Source: Octopus sinensis (lineage: Eukaryota). From it: a stretch of 64,000 nt of DNA. Made by a program: the position numbers and the translations under genes. Location of the stretch: assembly GCF_006345805.1 (NCBI RefSeq), contig NC_043009.1:51150001-51214000 (forward strand). Direction: 5' to 3'. Shown here in pieces: positions 1 through 13,008 of the stretch (position 1 is its first letter; every line of letters begins with the position of its first letter). Below the pieces are notes generated by a model. It had not been told where the DNA came from and did not search any database. It saw only the letters and a program-made list of their open reading frames with translations.

Positions 1-141
1 CACACGCATATATATGTGTACATATATATATATATATGTACATATATATATATGTGTGTGTGTATCAATAATATATACGGATATATATATATATTTATTT
101 ATATATGTATATGTATGTATATATACAATTATATGTATATA

Positions 142-530
142 GGCGCAGGAGTGGCTGTGTGGCAAGTAGCTTGCTTACGAACCACATGGTTCCAGGTTCA
201 GTCCCACTGCGTGGCATCTTGGGCAAGTGTCTTCTATTATAGCCTCGGGCCGACCAAAGCCTTGTGAGCGGATTTGGTAGACGGAAACTGAAAGAAGTCT
301 GTCGTATATATGTATATATATATGTGTGTGTGTGTGTGCGTTTGTTTGTGTGTCTTGACAACCGATGGTGTGTTTATGTCCCCGTCACTTAGCGGTTCGG
401 CAAAAGAGACCGATAGAATAAGTAGTGGGCTTACAAAGAATAAGTCCCGGGGTCGAGTTGCTCGATTTAAGGCGTTGCGCAGCATGGCCGCAGTCAAATG
501 ACTGAAACAAGTAAAAGAGTAAAGGAGAGT
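142..530 (+). mobile_element. tRNA-derived SINE, family A (head + internal TA/TG microsatellite + body)
   Basis: Head ggcgcaggagtggctgtgtgg with A-box-like and B-box-like (ggttcagtccc) motifs; body ends gtcaaatgactgaaacaagtaaaagag. Near-identical copies at 4642, 12515, 13009 and 58299. Confidence 0.9.
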
Positions 531-595
531 ATATATGTATGTATATATGTGTATCAATATTTATAAGTATGTATATGTATGCGTGTATGTATGTA

Positions 596-813
596 TCTTT
601 TACTTGTTTCAAACAATGTACTGCGACCATGCTAGAGCAACGCCTCGAAAGGCTTCTTTCTTTTAATCGAATGAACCACCCTAGTACTAATTATTTTAAC
701 GCTTGGTACTTATACTATGGTCTCCTTTTCTTTTTTGATGAACTGCTAAGTTACGGTGTCACAAACAAACCAACACAGGTTGTCAAACTCTGGTGGTAGA
801 CAAACACAAAGAC
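596..813 (-). mobile_element. SINE family A body, diverged, head missing
   Basis: Reverse complement matches the body of 142-530 (tacttgtttca...ctaagttacgg...ggttgtcaa) with many substitutions. Confidence 0.7.
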
Positions 814-1152
814 AACAACAAAAATACACGCATTATTATGGACACATACATGTATCAGTGTATGTGTGTACGCGCACGCGTATGTTGCTATGTGTGTGTG
901 TGTGTTTTGTATTCGAACATATACACTCGACTTATATGGGATGTTCAAAATGTCTCTCTGCAGTGAATTTTTTTCTCCAAGATGTGTTTCAGAACAATGT
1001 GTAGAAGAGTCAACTTATGTATTATGAATTGAAAATGAAGGACGACGATTTCAACCCATCTTATAAATATTTATTTGGCAATCAAATACTACGGAGAGAC
1101 ATTTTGAACATCCTGTATAATATGTACATACACACACACACAACACACACAC

Positions 1153-1218
<66 letters not shown>

Positions 1219-1270
1219 CAATGTGTTTGTATATATGTGTATTATATTAGTAAACACACACACATTCACT

Positions 1271-1302
<32 letters not shown>

Positions 1303-1756
1303 GTAGATGTGGATATTTTTGCGTATATGACTAGGTGGGATAACAGTCAGTAAGGAACAATTGTTCTTTGTTACATATTTCACCGTAATTTTGCCATGAA
1401 AAATGCCCTGGTACTTCTCTTAAGGCAATTTAGTGTCAATTTGCAAGTTTACTTTCCCATCCGCCAATCACAGCCCTACCTACATGCTTGTCAACCGACC
1501 CACCGACCTTGGTGCATATTTGTTATAGTACTTACTTATCTTTTTTCTTTTTATTCTTTTTATTTTTTATTTTATTTATTTATTTAAAAAAATTTTTTTT
1601 TGTTCTTTTCTTCCCTTTTACGATCCCTCTTGATCGAAAACCTACGCCACCCCTTTTTTTCTTTTGTTTTTTGTTTTTTTCATCCCCCAAAAGAAAAGCT
1701 CTACCTTGTAACTTGTCCCATCTGTGTGCGCCCTGTGTGGCCAATAAAGAAGAAAC

Positions 1757-1866
<110 letters not shown>

Positions 1867-2374
1867 GAGTTTGTATATCTGTATGTCTTTCTCACGGTAT
1901 GACTATACACATTGCATTTCTTTCACATCTCTTTTACGTGTGATTTTTCCGATGACGAAAGCATAATTCAGTAAGGCAACAGCAATGCTCGAAAATTTAA
2001 ACACCCATGGCACTTGTGCAAATATGCAAGCTCGCTTGTTTCCGTAATTTAAACCCTCGATTCCTGTCTTCGAACAATGTTAAAGCCTTCGCAAGAGGTA
2101 TAATTTCAAGTCACAAACGCGCATAATACTCCGACCGATGAAAGGTCCACCATCTATTCAATGCTTCCAAGAAATTCGAGTTCCGCGATGGGCAAAAATT
2201 ACTGCATATCAAATAACATCGTGGCAAACGCTTCTGCCATACGAATCCATTTCATTGAGTGAAGTCGTTAAGCTGGCAAGAATTAAGTACGCCCTTCATT
2301 TACAGGTATTGTCTTTCTGTATAAGATAGGCAACAGCAAATATTTAGCTCAATACCACAGATTTGCTTGTCAGT

Positions 2375-2566
2375 TCTTTTTATTTATTTCAGTCATATAT
2401 TTATTTCAGCCATGCTGCAGCACCGCCTTTAGTCGAACAAATCGACCGTAGGACTTCGACTTTGTAAGCCTAGTACTTATTCTATCCGTCACTTTTGCCG
2501 AAACGCTAAGTTACGGTGATGTAAACACACAAACATCAGTGGTCAAGTGATGGTGGGTGGCAAAAC
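2375..2566 (-). mobile_element. SINE family A body, diverged
   Basis: caccgcctttagtcgaacaaatcgacc...ctttgtaagcctagtacttattctatc...cttttgccgaaacgctaag is the reverse complement of the family A body. Confidence 0.8.
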
Positions 2567-2591
2567 ATATATAATAATAATAATAATAATA

Positions 2592-2638
<47 letters not shown>

Positions 2639-2651
2639 AATAATAATAATA

Positions 2652-2695
<44 letters not shown>

Positions 2696-2765
2696 GGGAG
2701 TATAACTACAATTTACAGGGAAAAATCAATTTCGTATTATCAAATTTCACAATATATATAGAAAA

Positions 2766-3002
2766 TATATATGAATTAGAGAAAAACCGCTATTATGCAA
2801 TTCAAACAATGATAGACATAAACCAAATCATAAATAAAAAAGTATGATATAATGAGTATATACTTATATATATTGTTTATTCATTTTGTACTTTTTGTGA
2901 TCTAGTTATATGTTTTAAAATATATTGTATTTTTATTTATGATTGGTTTATGTCTATCATTGTTTTAATTGCATAATAGTGGTTTTTCTCTAATTCATAT
3001 AT
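2766..3002. repeat. Small foldback: ~75-bp inverted repeat with ~90-bp spacer
   Basis: 2766-2840 (atatatgaattagagaaaaaccgctattatgcaattcaaacaatgatagacataaaccaaatcataaataaaaa) matches the reverse complement of 2930-3002 with about 3 differences. Confidence 0.9.
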
Positions 3003-3023
3003 GTTATATATATGTATTTATAA

Positions 3024-3085
<62 letters not shown>

Positions 3086-3110
3086 TAATACATTATATAT
3101 ATATATATGC

Positions 3111-3173
<63 letters not shown>

Positions 3174-3177
<4 letters not shown>

Positions 3178-3380
3178 ATCCAAACAAGAAACAAAAAAAA
3201 ACACAGCAACGCGAGGACGTGGAACAGATAAAGTATTATTGGACGCTCAGGAAAGAAGGGAAGAAGGAGGGTTTAACGTTTCGAGCGGAGCTCTTCGTCG
3301 GAAACAAAGGAGAAGGAAAGATCCCGAGAAAGGAAGACATAGGAAAAAAAATTGCTGGCGGTGCTCACGAGGTCACATGT
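3174..3380 (-). mobile_element. Penelope-like terminal-repeat (pLTR-like) fragment carrying an HHR motif and abutting (TA)n
   Basis: Closely similar to 8294-8495 and, in the opposite orientation, to ~57990-58162. Contains the HHR fold at 3271-3305 and ends at a (TA)n tract. The Penelope assignment is inferred from this architecture; no RT or GIY-YIG ORF is seen. Confidence 0.6.
3271..3305 (-). ncRNA. Minimal type I hammerhead ribozyme motif, variant core
   Basis: Minus strand reads GUUU CCGACGA A GAGC-UCC-GCUC GAA ACGU U AAAC: helix I GUUU/AAAC, helix II GAGC/GCUC, palindromic helix III ACGU. Deviations are U4C and an extra A. Confidence 0.6.
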
Positions 3381-4604
3381 TGACCTCACACACTCACACA
3401 CACATAAATGCAGACACGCATACGTACGCTCATATATTAGGAACTATCCTAGCATTCCCACCAAACCAGCCGAATTCACAGAAGAACCAACAGTCATCAG
3501 AAATTTTCCTTCTAGCTAGTTTGAAACAATAAGTTTCTAAGGCAATCATCGAAATCTCTGTACTTTCAGATTCGCACTTTCCGAAAATGAACTGTGGCTG
3601 GTATTGTTGACTAAAAATGTTTATGCGATGTCAGACAAAATGGTATTGTAATGAAATCTGAAAAGCCCGTTGAAACATTGAACACAAGTCAATATTTGTT
3701 AATATTTATACAAATCACAACTACCTAACATAAAACGATAAGTTATATACGTCTATGACAAATTATATCCCGATGATGAGGAGGGTAAGTCTTGAAAAGT
3801 TCATAATACATAAAGAAAATTGAGACTAAGCCGAGTGCAAAGTATTCATGGAGGAATATAATAAAAAATGATGGAATGAAAATGTTTGAAGTAAATCAGT
3901 AATCTTTTCATTACAACACATCTACACACACACACATGTGTGCATGTCTGCCCTTGAATACACGCACACGCGTATTATAAATATATATAAATACACATAT
4001 ATATACATATATATACACACATTTATATTTATAAGTGTGTAGATATATATATATATATATATAGATGCATAAAATATATACATACAAAATATATTAATAT
4101 ATATATATATATATTATATATACAGAGAGAGAGAGAGAGACATTTATGTATATATATTGTGTCTATCTGTGTGTATGATATATTACATATATATAAATCT
4201 CTCTCTCTCTCTATCTTATATATATATATATATGTACATACAGGCACATTCACGCAGGCAACCCATCTCTCCACCCTCCTACACACACAAATATACATTA
4301 GCGGGTCTATATGTTTACATATTCATATATATCCGAGGGTAGCTTTTCCGGAGAAGATATTTTTTCTTATATTGAACGTTTGATAATATATTTTTGTTTA
4401 TTAATAAATGGCGGCTTCCGGCTTGATAAACGGAAACACTTCAAACTGAATTAATAGACACAGAATGGTTTTTATGTTATTGGTGCGTACTTCAGACGAC
4501 ATTAACAATGTGCGGGTGGAAGAGATGTGTGTGTGTGTATTTATACATACATACATACATACATATATACTTACCAACCTACATCCATCTATCCATCCAT
4601 CCAT

Positions 4605-4641
<37 letters not shown>

Positions 4642-4644
<3 letters not shown>

Positions 4645-5040
4645 TCTTTTACTTGTTTCAGTCATTTGACTGCGGCCAAGCTGGGGCATCGCCTTTAATC
4701 GAGCAACTCGACCCCGGCACTTATTCTTTGTAAGCCAGTATTTATTCTATCGGTCTCTTTTGCCGAAACGCTAAGTGACAGGGACATAAAGACACCAGCA
4801 TCGGTTGTAAAACAATGCTAGGGGGACAAACACAGACACACACAACACACCACACACATATATATATATAATATAATATATATATATATATATATAATAT
4901 AAATATATAGGACGGGCTTCTTTCAGTTTCCGTCTACCAAATCCACTCACAAGGCTTTGGTCGGCCCGAGGCTATAGTAAAGGTGCCATGCAGTGGGACT
5001 GAACCCGGAACCATGTGGTTGGTAAGCAAGCTACTTACCA
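4642..5040 (-). mobile_element. SINE family A, near full length, small deletion in head
   Basis: Reverse complement of the 142-530 head and body, with an internal (TA)n. Confidence 0.9.
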
Positions 5041-5335
5041 GATTTATATTTATATATATATATGTATATATATGTAAATATTCACACACACACACACACA
5101 CACACGTATACACACACACACACACCACCTACACATACACATATACCCAGGCTGAGAGGACGGGAGCAAGAGAGGACTCAACATCATCTTTTTGACGCAT
5201 CACTTCTCTTCTGTATACTCGGACTAATTCAGAAATGGATTACCGTTGCAAAACAAAAGGAACACCACCCCACCCCCAAAAACTAGAAAAGGGAATAATA
5301 AATAATAAAAAAGCAAAACAAAACAAAAAAAAACA

Positions 5336-5455
5336 ACTAATAGTAATGAATCCTTAGATTTACTACCAGGGCCTGGAATGAGGTGGGGACATGACATTGA
5401 CAGGCATAACATGATGATACTAAAACAACAACAACAACGACTACTACAACTACTA

Positions 5456-5496
<41 letters not shown>

Positions 5497-5531
5497 TTAC
5501 TACTACTACCACCACTACTGCTGCTACTAAT

Positions 5532-5570
<39 letters not shown>

Positions 5571-5975
5571 TACTGCTGCTACTAATTACTACTACTACTA
5601 CTACTAATACTACTGCTACCACAACGACAACGACTACTACTAATGATGACGATGATGACGATGATGATAACGGTGGTGGTGGTTGTGATGATGGTGCTAA
5701 TGATGATAGTGATGATGGTGATGATAATGAGGATGATGATGATGATGATGATGATGAATGATGACAATGAAGAAGAAGAAGAAGAAGAAGAAGAAAAAAA
5801 GAAAAAGAAGAAGAGAAAAGAAGAAGAAAAAGAAGAAGAAAAGTAGTAAAAGAAGAAGAAAAAGAAGAAGAAAAGAAGAAGAAGAAGAAGAAGAAGAAGA
5901 AGAAAGAAGAAGAAGAAGAAGAAGAAGAAGAAGAAGAAGAAGAAGAAGAAGAAGAAGGAAAAGAAGAAGAAGAAA
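5336..5975. repeat. Compound trinucleotide microsatellite block (ACA/ACT/GAT/GAA)
   Basis: Successive (ACT)n, (GAT)n and (GAA)n runs; these explain the poly-S/M/E/K ORFs. Confidence 0.95.
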
Positions 5976-6264
5976 TAAAAAAAATACCAAAAACAAATAA
6001 ACCTTGAGTCACCAAAAGCAGACAGTTCGATCTACAGGTCCAATACATTATTGACTTGTCTTGATACAAATCTTTGTTTAAATGCCAAAATTTCTGTTCC
6101 TTTTGTTTTTTGGTTATTTTTTTTCCAAATTAAATTCTTCAACTTTTGTCTACTCAATACTAATCAAAATGTCAAACTATTGATGTGCTTTCTCTTAGTC
6201 TGTTATTGTTGTTGTTGTTGTTGTTGTTGTTATTATTATTATTATTATCATTATTATTATTATT

Positions 6265-6660
6265 AAGGCGACGAGCTGGCAGAAACGTTAGAACGCCGGG
6301 CGAAATGCTTTGCGGTATTTCGTCCGCCGTTACGTTCTGAGTTCAAATTCCGCCGAGGTCGACTTTGCCTTTCATCCTTTCGGAGTCGATTAAATAAGTA
6401 CCAGTTACGCACTGGGCTCGATATAATCGACTTAATCCGTTTGTCTGTCCTTGATTGTCCTCTCTGTGTTTATCCCCTTGTGGGCAGTAAAGAAATAGGT
6501 ATTTCGTCTGCCGCTTCGTTCTCAGTTCTAATTCCGCCGAAGTCGACTTTGTCTTCTATCCTTTCGGGGTCGATAAAATAAATACCAGTTGAATACTGGG
6601 GTCGATGTAATCGACAGGCTGCCTCCCCAAAATTGCTGCTCTTCTGCAAAAATTTGAAAT
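6265..6660 (+). mobile_element. tRNA-derived SINE family C followed by a second partial related unit
   Basis: Head aaggcgacgagctggcagaaacgttag, B-box-like gagttcaaattcc, tail gtaaagaaata at ~6497, then a second ggtatttcgtc...gtcgactttg unit. The same arrangement occurs at 56840-57213. Confidence 0.9.
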
Positions 6661-7169
6661 TAATATTATTATGAAAGAGCAGTGCATGCCATCAAAGTAA
6701 CACTGGGGTAAAATATACGAGGCCCAGTAGACCCATCATGACTACACGTCTGATAAGGTTACACCAGGAAAGGCATCACAATCATATGTGCGCGACATGA
6801 TGATCTCATATCAAAATAAACAGCGCATGACCTTGCAAGTGGGGCCCAGTTAGAATTTTCTTCTGGTCGAGTAGCACATCCCTCTCAAAAGGTCCCTGAA
6901 TACATATAATGTACGTATATGTGTGTATGTGTGTGTATACACTCATACATATTTATCTGCTTATTTCTCTCTCTCTCTCTCGTTATATGCATGTACACAC
7001 ACACGCACACACCCACACACACACACACATATAACAGAGAGAGAGAGAGCAACATATAATATATATATTAGACAGTTAGCACCGCCTTGAAGAATTTTTA
7101 GGCGGTAAAATCGACCCTCGTACTTATTTCTTCAGTTTACACACATATATATTATATCATATATATATA

Positions 7170-7215
<46 letters not shown>

Positions 7216-7236
7216 CCGTTTACGAAACTACTAATA

Positions 7237-7580
7237 AGTCTTTGGTCGGCTCTAAGCTATAGTAAAAGATAATTGACCTAAAATAAGGCTGCGAGCTGGC
7301 AGATACGTTAGCACGCCGGGCGAAATGCTTCGCGGTACTTCGTCTGCCGCTACATTCTGAGTTCGAATTCCGCCGAGGTCGGTTTTGCCCTTCATCCTTA
7401 CGGGGTCGATTAAATAAGTGCCAGTTTAGCACTGGGGTCGATATAATCGACTTAATCCGTTTGCCCTTGTTTGTCCACTCTGTGTTTAGCCCCTTGTGGG
7501 TAGTAAAGAAATAGATAATTGACCAAAATGCCACACAGTAGAACTGAACCCCGAACCATGTGGCTTGGAAGCCTGCGCCA
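7237..7580 (-). mobile_element. SINE family A head interrupted by a family C insertion
   Basis: ctttggtcggc...gctatagtaaaagataattgacc | aaaatgccacacagtagaactgaaccccgaaccatgtgg joins into the family A head once the insert is removed. Confidence 0.8.
7285..7512 (+). mobile_element. SINE family C, full length, with ~17-18-bp target-site duplication
   Basis: Full family C sequence flanked by agataattgacctaaaat (7267-7284) and agataattgaccaaaat (7513-7529). Confidence 0.92.
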
Positions 7581-8098
7581 TCTAAAACATTTATAAAAAT
7601 TAATTCAAGAAATAATAGCGGAAGGCGCGCAGCAGTATTAATGTGTTAAATTACAAAACCTGATTTTGACAAATATATTCAGTCTGTTAGAATATGAAAG
7701 CTAGAGGAGAGAAAGTCATATAAGTTGTGTAAATTGAGTGTATCAGTTACATACCTAGCCAAGAAATATATGTCTTCCGTTACGTACATGTAACGCACGA
7801 TCGAGAACGAATTGAGGATGTGTGATGAGGCAAGAAGGTTTTAATGTATTTTAAGGGAACATTTGTATGATTATATAGTCTATATAGTTATGTGGTCTGC
7901 GCACGCAAGTTTGTTTGTTTGCTTGTGTGTGTGTATGTGTGTGTGTATGTGTGTTTGAGCGCGCATCTATGCATGTCTGTAGAAATACAAGCACACACAT
8001 ATACACCCACATGTGTGTGCACATTTCCATATATATATATATATACGTGTGCAAGTTTATTTTAGATACATACATATATAACTATATAAATATATACG

Positions 8099-8165
<67 letters not shown>

Positions 8166-8211
8166 GGTATGTATGTATGTATGTATGTATATATATATAT
8201 ATATATATGTA

Positions 8212-8293
<82 letters not shown>

Positions 8294-8295
<2 letters not shown>

Positions 8296-8495
8296 TAATC
8301 CAAACAAGAAAGCACAAAAAAAAACACAACACGCGAGGACGTAGAACAAATATAGTATTATGGACGCTCAGGAAGAAGGAGGGTTTTTAACGTCTCGAGC
8401 GGAGCTCTCGTCGGAAACATAGGAGAAGGAAAGTTCCAGAGAAGGGAAGACAGAGGAAAAAAAATCGCCAACGGTACACACGAGGTCACATTTTG
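8294..8495 (-). mobile_element. Second copy of the HHR-bearing pLTR-like fragment, abutting (TA)n
   Basis: gttaatccaaacaagaaa...gcgaggacgt...tggacgctcagg...ggaaac...cacgaggtcaca aligns with 3174-3380. Confidence 0.6.
8383..8418 (-). ncRNA. HHR motif, variant core, probably inactivated
   Basis: Minus strand reads GUUU CCGACGA GAGC-UCC-GCUC GAG ACGU U AAAAAC. There is no extra A, but GAA is changed to GAG (A14G). Confidence 0.5.
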
Positions 8496-8861
8496 AAAGA
8501 CCGGAAGGAAAAGGGTGAAGAAAGATGTTTTCAAAGACAGCAGAAAGGTAGAGGGAGAATGTGTGTGTAAGTGTGGATATGTGCGTGTGTGTGTGTATGT
8601 GTGCAATGATGACACGTGTGTGTGTGTGTGCGTGTGTGTGTATGTGTGTGTGGTTGTGGCTGTAAACAAAGGGCTAGTAGTAGGGCTAGTTTGTAGGGTT
8701 AGTAGAATAAGGAGTGGTGTTTTTTTGTCCCTGCCACAGGTCAGTACTGTTACTTTGAAATATGTGTGTGTGCGTGTATGTATATGTATCGTGTGTGTGT
8801 TTTGTTTGTAGTGTGTGTGTGTATGTATGTGTGTGTTCGTAATATATCTGTGTGTGTGTCT

Positions 8862-9035
8862 CTGTTCCTGTGTTTGTCCCTCCATCAATCCTTGATAACC
8901 TTTGCTGGTGTGTTTACATCCCCGTAACTTAGCGGTTCAACAAAAGATACCAATTTGTTCGACTAAAAACTTCCCAAGGCGGTGCTCCAGCATAGTCGTA
9001 GTCAAATGACTGAAACACTTAAAATAATAAAAGAA
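8862..9035 (+). mobile_element. SINE family A body with internal deletion
   Basis: gtgtttgtccc...cccgtaacttagcggttc...aaggcggtgctccagcat...gtcaaatgactgaaaca. Confidence 0.8.
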
Positions 9036-9733
9036 TATATATATATATATATAATATCCTTTATATATACTTTATACACACACACAAAATCTTCACTAAA
9101 TGGGACCGAGGGTGCAGAAGTACCTACATTGCAAAAAATAAGAGTTAAATCTCTAAATGTTAGTCTAGTCCAGTGATTCTAGAATCGCTCATGGAGCGGT
9201 TATCTCCCCTGTCAGTGTATATACATTATGCATTTTAACTTTTATGTCTTGTGATATTTTCACGTTATAAAGATTTGCCTCAGATGTGTAGTGGTTCCCA
9301 CTTCTGCAAGGCATAGTACGAATGTAAGGATACGAAGATCAATAACATTATTTCAAGCAAATAAATCCCATTGAATAAACAAACAATAGGCGCATGCTTG
9401 CCAGTGTGGTGAAGAACAACCATTCGCAAATCCTGGTTTTCAGGATCAATATTGCACTCTCTTCTTCCATAAATCGTCTGGAACAGTTTGTGTTGAACTC
9501 GGCATTCGAAGACTGTACAGAAACCTGTGTGAGGGAGAAAGAGAGTCATGAAGAGAGACAGAGATTAATAGAAGGCCATAAGGAGGAAAAAAAATTAGAG
9601 AGAGAGAACGCTGGGGTGGTGCAAGGGAGAGAGAGAGAAAAAGAAAGAAAAAGTGAAAGAGAGAGATAGAAAGTGAGAGAGAGAGAGAAGCTATTCATAG
9701 GCAGCAGACGAGTTTTAATCCCGTTATAATATC

Positions 9734-9916
9734 GGTTTCAAATTTTGGCACAAAGCCAGCATGTCGATGACATCGACCGCAGTGCTCAACTGATATATAT
9801 ATTTTAACGAAAGCAAAAAGGATGAAAAGCAAAGTTGACCTGAGAACGTAAAACCGGACAAAACACCGCTAAGCTTTTTTTCCCGGCGTTCTAATGATCC
9901 TGCCAGCTTGCCGCCC
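9734..9916 (-). mobile_element. Diverged family C-like SINE with 18-bp TSD
   Basis: ggatgaaaagcaaagttgacc...ctgccagcttgccgcc, flanked by taatcccgttataatatc (9716-9733) and taatcccgttttaatatc (9917-9934). Confidence 0.8.
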
Positions 9917-10177
9917 TAATCCCGTTTTAATATCACCATCTGGCGCTTTAAGGCTATCTCAATGGAGTCCATTAAACATGAGAATTTTGGGTAGGCCTCT
10001 CGTCTGAGAAAAACTTCTTTTCATGTTCCTGACAGTCTTAGGAGTTCTGAAAAATGGCCATGGTGTGATACTATTCCCCGCCTCAAAGATTAGCAAAGAA
10101 CTAAAACCTCTAGTATTAACATAACGCCAATTCCATTGATATGACTCACGAGAACCGATCCACAGTTAATACCCCCC

Positions 10178-10462
10178 AACTACTACTACTACTACTACTA
10201 CTTGTGTATTAACACAACCCACCGCCACCACAACCACCATCAACATTACCACCATCACCACCATCACCACCACCACCACAACCACCTCCACCACCACCGC
10301 CACCACAATCACCGCCACCACAATCACCACCACCAACATCGCCAACATCATCCAGCACCACCACCACCACCACTACCACCACCACCGCCACCACAATCAC
10401 CACCACCAACATCATCCAGCACCACCAACCCCAACACCACCACCACCACCACCACCACCACG
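10178..10462. repeat. (ACT)n/(CAC)n microsatellite block
   Basis: Directly visible trinucleotide runs. Confidence 0.9.
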
Positions 10463-10784
10463 CAGTTAGTAAATGTAGACCTAATTAGTTGGACTCTAAC
10501 TAAATGTACTTAAAACATTTTTCATCAATGCAAGTACATTTGAACTGATGACTCCATCTTGTTGAATTCTGTAGTTACTTATTTTGTACGTTTTTCTTTC
10601 GTTGACTTTGTGCTTTTAAAATATATATTTCTTCATTTTATTGCTAAATAATCTTCAGTGGATGGTAATTTCTTGCTCAACATATTTGAAAGCTTTCCAT
10701 ATTTCTGCTGAATGTTCGTCTCTTCTACATTCATTATATATTTATTTATATATTTTTATCTACTTATTTATTTATTTATTTATT

Positions 10785-10798
10785 TGCTATTATTATTA

Positions 10799-10859
<61 letters not shown>

Positions 10860-10862
10860 CAC

Positions 10863-10939
<77 letters not shown>

Positions 10940-10964
10940 TTATTATTATTATTATCATTATTAT

Positions 10965-10999
<35 letters not shown>

Positions 11000-11011
11000 T
11001 ATTATCATTAT

Positions 11012-11049
<38 letters not shown>

Positions 11050-11152
11050 TTATTATTATTATTATTATTATTACTGTTATTATAAATTATTATCATCATC
11101 CTCATCATCATCATCATCATTATTATTATTGCTGTTGCTGCCTCTACTGATT

Positions 11153-11191
<39 letters not shown>

Positions 11192-11660
11192 AAATAATCA
11201 TCACACCGTAAACATCGTCGTCATCATCATGATCAGCATCTGCCTTATAATAGCAACAGTAATGACAAAAATAATTATGATCATATAAATAATAATAATA
11301 ATAATAATAATGATAATAGTAATAATAATATAATAATAATAATAATAATAATAATATAATAATAATAATAATAATATAATAATAATAATATAATAATAAA
11401 ATAATAATAATAATAATAATCATAATAATATAATAATAATAATGATAATATAATATAATAATAATAATAATATAATAATAATAATGATAATATAATAATA
11501 ATATAATAATAATAATAATAATAATATAATAATAATGATAATAATAATAATAATGCTGATGATGATGATGATGATAATGATGATAATCGTTGTTATTGTA
11601 ATTATTAGTATTATTATTAATATTATAATTACTGTCGTAGTTGTTGGGGTTGTTATTATT
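10785..11660. repeat. Compound (ATT)n/(ACT)n/(CAT)n/(AAT)n microsatellite block
   Basis: Directly visible; polarity switches from ATT to AAT near 11.2 kb. Confidence 0.95.
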
Positions 11661-11905
11661 ATGCCTTTTGTATGCTTATTTATTTATAATTTTGCCCTAT
11701 ACTCATTTCATTTGACTTCGAAATATTGTGGAAAATTACATAAAAATGAATAAATAAATGAATAATTAAATAAAATAAATGAATAAATAAATAAGCAAAA
11801 AAAAAATCATTAAAAAAGTGAAGAAATATGGAAAACATATCCCGAAATATATTTACCATTAATTAGTGAAAGAGGAAATAAATTTCTTTTCGCCTATCAT
11901 ATTAC

Positions 11906-11936
<31 letters not shown>

Positions 11937-12186
11937 CTGTGTGTCTGTGTGTCTGTGTGTGTTTTTCTGTGTGCGTGTGTGGTGTGTGTGTGAGTGTAAT
12001 GGGGTATGTGTACGGTGTACGTGTGTTTGTTTGTTTGTAAGTATGTATGTGTGTGTGTTGGGGTATGTGTGGTGGTGGTGGTGGGGGGGGCGTCTGTGTG
12101 AGTGTGTGCGTGTGTGTGCATTTCTGAATGTGTGTAATATATGTATTTATATTATATGTATGTGTGTGTGTATGTATGTATGTATA

Positions 12187-12229
<43 letters not shown>

Positions 12230-12514
12230 TATATATATATTATATATATATATATACGAATTTATATATATATGTATGTATGTATGTATGTATGAATGAA
12301 TGTGGGTATGTTTGTATATATATATATATATATATGCATGAATATTCACAGACGATATATACATACACGCACATACAAATTGACACTTATAACGAGATAT
12401 GTATATATTTGTTTATATAGAAATCGCAACACACCATAATAAAGACAGCGTCAGTGAGAGCGAGCGAAAAAACAGGCAGAAATGTCGACGAATAGGTTGA
12501 AAAATAAATCTATA

Positions 12515-12940
12515 GGCGCAGGAGTGGCTGTTTGATAAGTAGCTTGCTAACCAACCACATGGTTCCGGGTTCAGTCCCACTGCGTGGCATCTTGGGCAAG
12601 TGTCTTCTGCTATAGCCCCGGGCCGACCAATGCCTTGTGAGTGGATTTGGTAGACGGAAACTGAAAGAAGCCTGTCGTATATATGTATATATATGTATAT
12701 GCGTGTGTGTATGTGTGTGTGCGTGTTTGTGTGTCTGTGTTTGTCCCCCTACTAGCATTGCTTGACAACCGATGCTGGTGTGCTTATGTCCCCGTCACTT
12801 AGCAGTTCGGCAAAAGAGACCGATAGAATAAGTACTGGGCTTACAAAGAATAAGTCCCGGGGTCGATTTGCTCGACTAAAGGCCGTGCTCCAGCATGGCC
12901 GCAGTCAAATGACTGAAACAAGTAAAAGAGTAAAGAGAGT
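12515..12940 (+). mobile_element. SINE family A, full length
   Basis: Complete head, microsatellite and body, as at 142-530. Confidence 0.95.
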
Positions 12941-13008
12941 ATGCACACAGAAAATTGTAAGAATATATTTACATACGTACACACACATACTTAATACACA
13001 TATAGGTA

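Noticed and set aside
6672-6902. Unique-looking segment that seems familiar as an interspersed repeat
   Set aside because: It is single-copy in this window with no diagnostic motif, and cannot be classified without a database.
9280-9549. Possible minus-strand exon after a pyrimidine tract ending cacacag
   Set aside because: The tract is a (GA)n microsatellite, none of the three frames is recognisable, and there is no convincing donor site.
5337-11753. Poly-Y/L/I/S/H/E/K ORFs
   Set aside because: These are trinucleotide microsatellite translations present on both strands.
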